DNA of 58,287 bases from the NCBI GenBank assembly GCA_949298535.1, contig CASFXA010000036.1, forward strand, positions 1 through 58,287, written 5' to 3'. The translations under genes and the position numbers were made by a program. The DNA comes from an uncultured Oscillospiraceae bacterium (GTDB lineage Bacteria > Bacillota > Clostridia > Oscillospirales > Ruminococcaceae). This document shows, one piece after another, positions 56,030-58,287 of this stretch (its first letter is position 1; every line of letters starts with the position of its first letter). The notes beneath the pieces are model-generated. The model was not told the origin of the DNA. It ran no database searches and saw only the letters and a list, made by a program, of their open reading frames with translations.

Positions 56030-56256
56030 CGAGCCCCCAAAGGAAAAAACAGGGGGAGCTTCCGCTCCGGTCCCAAAGGCGCGCCTTTTGAGAAAAGGCC
56101 CTTTGCAAAGCAGCGGAATATTCGTCCTCCAAGGGCGGCAGGCGTTGTTTCCCCGGGATAAGTTCGCCGCCGGAGGGCGGCATGGAAGAAATTCAACCAT
56201 TCTGAATAAACAGCGGCCCTGTTTTCAGCGAAACAGGGGGAAAGGAACGAAAAAGG

Positions 56257-57579
56257 ATGAATCCAATCAAAGTGGGAATGATCTCCCTGGGTTGTTCCAA
56301 AAACCAGGTGGACGCGGAACTGATGATGGCCATGATTGTGGAAGGCGGCTGGCAGGTGGTGGGGGACCCGGAGCATTGCGACGTGGTGATTATCAACACC
56401 TGCGGCTTCATTGAGGATGCCAAGCGGGAATCCATCGACGCGATCCTGGAATACTGCCGCAAAAAAGAGGAGGGCCGCCTGCGGGCGGTGGTGGTCACCG
56501 GATGTCTGGCGGAGCGGTATCAGCAGGAGCTGGCCCGGGAGATCCCCGAAACTGACGTGGTATTGGGCATCGGCAAAAACAGCCAGATTGTAGCGGCCAT
56601 CCGGGAAGCCCTGGAGGGACGGCGTGTGGTGGAATTCGGCCCCAAAGAAGACCTGGAATTGGAAGGAGAACGGATCCTGGCCAATCCCCCCTATTTCGCC
56701 TACATCAAGGTGGCGGAAGGGTGTGACAACCGGTGCAGCTACTGCGCCATTCCCCTGATCCGGGGCGGCTTCCGCAGCCGCTCCATGGAGGACATTATGG
56801 CGGAGGTGCGCCGCCTGGCGGCCCGGGGCGTCCGGGAAATGAATCTGGTGGCCCAGGACACCAGCCGCTACGGTCTGGACCGGTACGGCAAATATATGCT
56901 GCCGGAGCTGATTCATCAGGTCTGCCAGGTGGAAGGGGTGGATTGGGTCCGGATCCTCTACGCCTATCCGGAGCGGATCACCGACCAGCTCATCGACGCC
57001 ATCGCCCGGGAGCCCAAGGTGGTCAAATACATCGACATCCCCGTCCAGCACGGCAGCGGCAAGGTCCTGCGGGAAATGAACCGGGTAGGGGACCGGCACA
57101 CCATCCTGGCCCTGGTGGAGAAGCTGCGGGAGCGGATCCCCGGGGTGGTGATCCGCACCACCATGATCGTCGGCTTCCCTGGGGAAACCCAGGAGGACTT
57201 TGAGGAACTGTGCCAGCTGGTCAAGGATGCCCGGTTTGAACGGCTGGGATGTTTTGCCTACTCTCAGGAGGAGGATACTCCCGCCGGAGAACGGGAGGAC
57301 CAGATCGACCCCAAGGTGCGGGCGGACCGGGCGGACCGGGTGATGGAGCTTCAGATGGACATCGCCTTTGCGTTCGCCCAATCCTGCAAGGGCAAAGTGC
57401 TGGACGTACTGGTGGAAGGACGGCAAGGGGCCCGTTACTATGGCCGCAGCTATATGGACGCTCCGGACATTGACACACGGGTTTATTTCACATCCAAGGA
57501 AAAGCTGTCCGCCGGTCAGATGGTGTCGGTGGAGATCACCGGCAGCCGGGAGTATGACCTGCTGGGCGTGGCCCGGTGA
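56257..57579 (+). CDS. rimO: Ribosomal protein S12 methylthiotransferase RimO
   Basis: SLGCSKNQVD, NTCGFI, radical SAM EGCDNRCSYCAIP and TRAM domain GRSYMDAPDID. Confidence 0.97.
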   Translation: MNPIKVGMISLGCSKNQVDAELMMAMIVEGGWQVVGDPEHCDVVIINTCGFIEDAKRESIDAILEYCRKKEEGRLRAVVVTGCLAERYQQELAREIPETDVVLGIGKNSQIVAAIREALEGRRVVEFGPKEDLELEGERILANPPYFAYIKVAEGCDNRCSYCAIPLIRGGFRSRSMEDIMAEVRRLAARGVREMNLVAQDTSRYGLDRYGKYMLPELIHQVCQVEGVDWVRILYAYPERITDQLIDAIAREPKVVKYIDIPVQHGSGKVLREMNRVGDRHTILALVEKLRERIPGVVIRTTMIVGFPGETQEDFEELCQLVKDARFERLGCFAYSQEEDTPAGEREDQIDPKVRADRADRVMELQMDIAFAFAQSCKGKVLDVLVEGRQGARYYGRSYMDAPDIDTRVYFTSKEKLSAGQMVSVEITGSREYDLLGVAR

Positions 57580-57593
57580 AAGGAGAGAAGCAA

Positions 57594-58157
57594 ATGAATC
57601 TGCCTAATAAACTGACCATGCTGCGGATCATCATGATCCCGCTGTTTCTGTTCTTCCTGCTGTGGGATGTGGTCCCCGGCAACGAGCTGCTGGCCCTGCT
57701 CACCTTCGCGTTGGCGGCCATCACCGACACCCTGGACGGGCAGATCGCCCGGCGGCGGAATCTGGTGACCGACTTCGGCAAGCTGATGGACCCTCTGGCG
57801 GACAAGCTGCTGGTGATGTCCGCTCTGGTCTCCTTTGTGGAGGTGCAGAAGGTCCCCGCCGTGGTGATTGTCATCATCCTGGCCCGGGAATTTATGGTCA
57901 CTTCCCTGCGGCTGATCGCTGTGGAAAAAGGGGTGGTCATCGCCGCCGACATCTGGGGCAAGGTGAAGACGGTGCTGCAAATGTTCTGGATCGTCTACAC
58001 CCTGCTGCTGCGGTGGCTTGTTTCCCTGGGCTTGGTGATGAGCGCTCCTCTGGAGCTGATCTACCAGGCGGGAATGGCGCTGGTGGTGGTGGCCACAGTG
58101 GTGTCCGGATTTAACTATATGTATAAAAACCGGAAATTGTTTACTGAAAGTATATAA
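57594..58157 (+). CDS. pgsA: CDP-diacylglycerol--glycerol-3-phosphate 3-phosphatidyltransferase
   Basis: MNLPNKLTMLR, TDTLDGQIARRRNLVTDFGKLMDPLADK and GKVKT motifs. Confidence 0.97.
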   Translation: MNLPNKLTMLRIIMIPLFLFFLLWDVVPGNELLALLTFALAAITDTLDGQIARRRNLVTDFGKLMDPLADKLLVMSALVSFVEVQKVPAVVIVIILAREFMVTSLRLIAVEKGVVIAADIWGKVKTVLQMFWIVYTLLLRWLVSLGLVMSAPLELIYQAGMALVVVATVVSGFNYMYKNRKLFTESI

Positions 58158-58164
58158 ACACACG

Positions 58165-58195
58165 GCAGGCCCCGCCTTCGGCGGGGCCTGCTTCA
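58165..58195 (+). terminator. Hairpin terminator after pgsA
   Basis: GCAGGCCCCGCC-TTC-GGCGGGGCCTGC; short T-tract. Confidence 0.6.
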
Positions 58196-58202
58196 TGTCG
58201 AA

Positions 58203-58287
58203 AAAACCATTTTCAAAAGCAAAACAACATTCAAAATCATAAAAATCAGGACATGCGCCTGATTTTTATACCACGACCCGCGCCCAC
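58203..58287 (+). repeat. Dispersed structured intergenic repeat, copy C (truncated by window end)
   Basis: AAAACAACATTCAAAATCATAAAAATCAGGACATGCGCCTGATTTTT..CCACGACCCGCGCCCAC matches copies A and B. Confidence 0.8.

Noticed and set aside
56130-56240. Weak similarity to the intergenic sequence at 25830-25880 and to the typA terminator (CCCTGTTT...CAGCGAAACAGGG)
   Set aside because: The matches are short and GC-rich; I cannot distinguish them from chance without an alignment statistic.
1-58287. CRISPR arrays, tRNA/rRNA genes, prophage or defence genes
   Set aside because: No regularly spaced direct repeats, tRNA/rRNA signatures or phage/defence protein motifs were seen by eye.

Overview
GC-rich chromosomal region of a Firmicute, probably a gut Clostridia/Oscillospiraceae-like organism judging from gene content and sigma-A/RBS style. 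It runs from a truncated IS3-family element to a truncated copy of a dispersed repeat. The most notable part is a ~25 kb divergent carbohydrate locus (4.6-29.1 kb). Its right arm encodes a recognisable sulfoquinovose (SQ) sulfoglycolytic transketolase (sulfo-TK) pathway: YihQ-type GH31 sulfoquinovosidase, split transketolase, RpiB-type isomerase, DUF4867, Fe-ADH, FucI-type isomerase, EamA exporter and ROK repressor. This core is extended by a NagB-like deaminase, a GH188-like NAD+-dependent glycosidase candidate, an ABC importer, NagA and ChbG deacetylases, a second FucI-like isomerase and a PLP desulfurase-like enzyme. Both divergent promoters carry a matching ROK-type operator, and the phosphate-binding motifs of NagA and NagB are altered. 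Together this suggests (inference) an undescribed catabolic route for an N-acetylated 6-sulfo amino sugar feeding sulfo-TK. The rest of the window holds typA; a nitrogen-assimilation cluster (glnN, asnB with an Asn T-box, dapF-dapL-nadE, split glutamate synthase, ANTAR-like leaders); feoAB with DtxR-like boxes; a duplicated CAP-like lipoprotein; an IS1182 remnant; upp-tsaB-tsaE-fhs; and rodA-recX-DUF218-rimO-pgsA. There are three copies of a ~160-bp structured intergenic repeat. All family calls come from motif recognition by eye; no database search was run.
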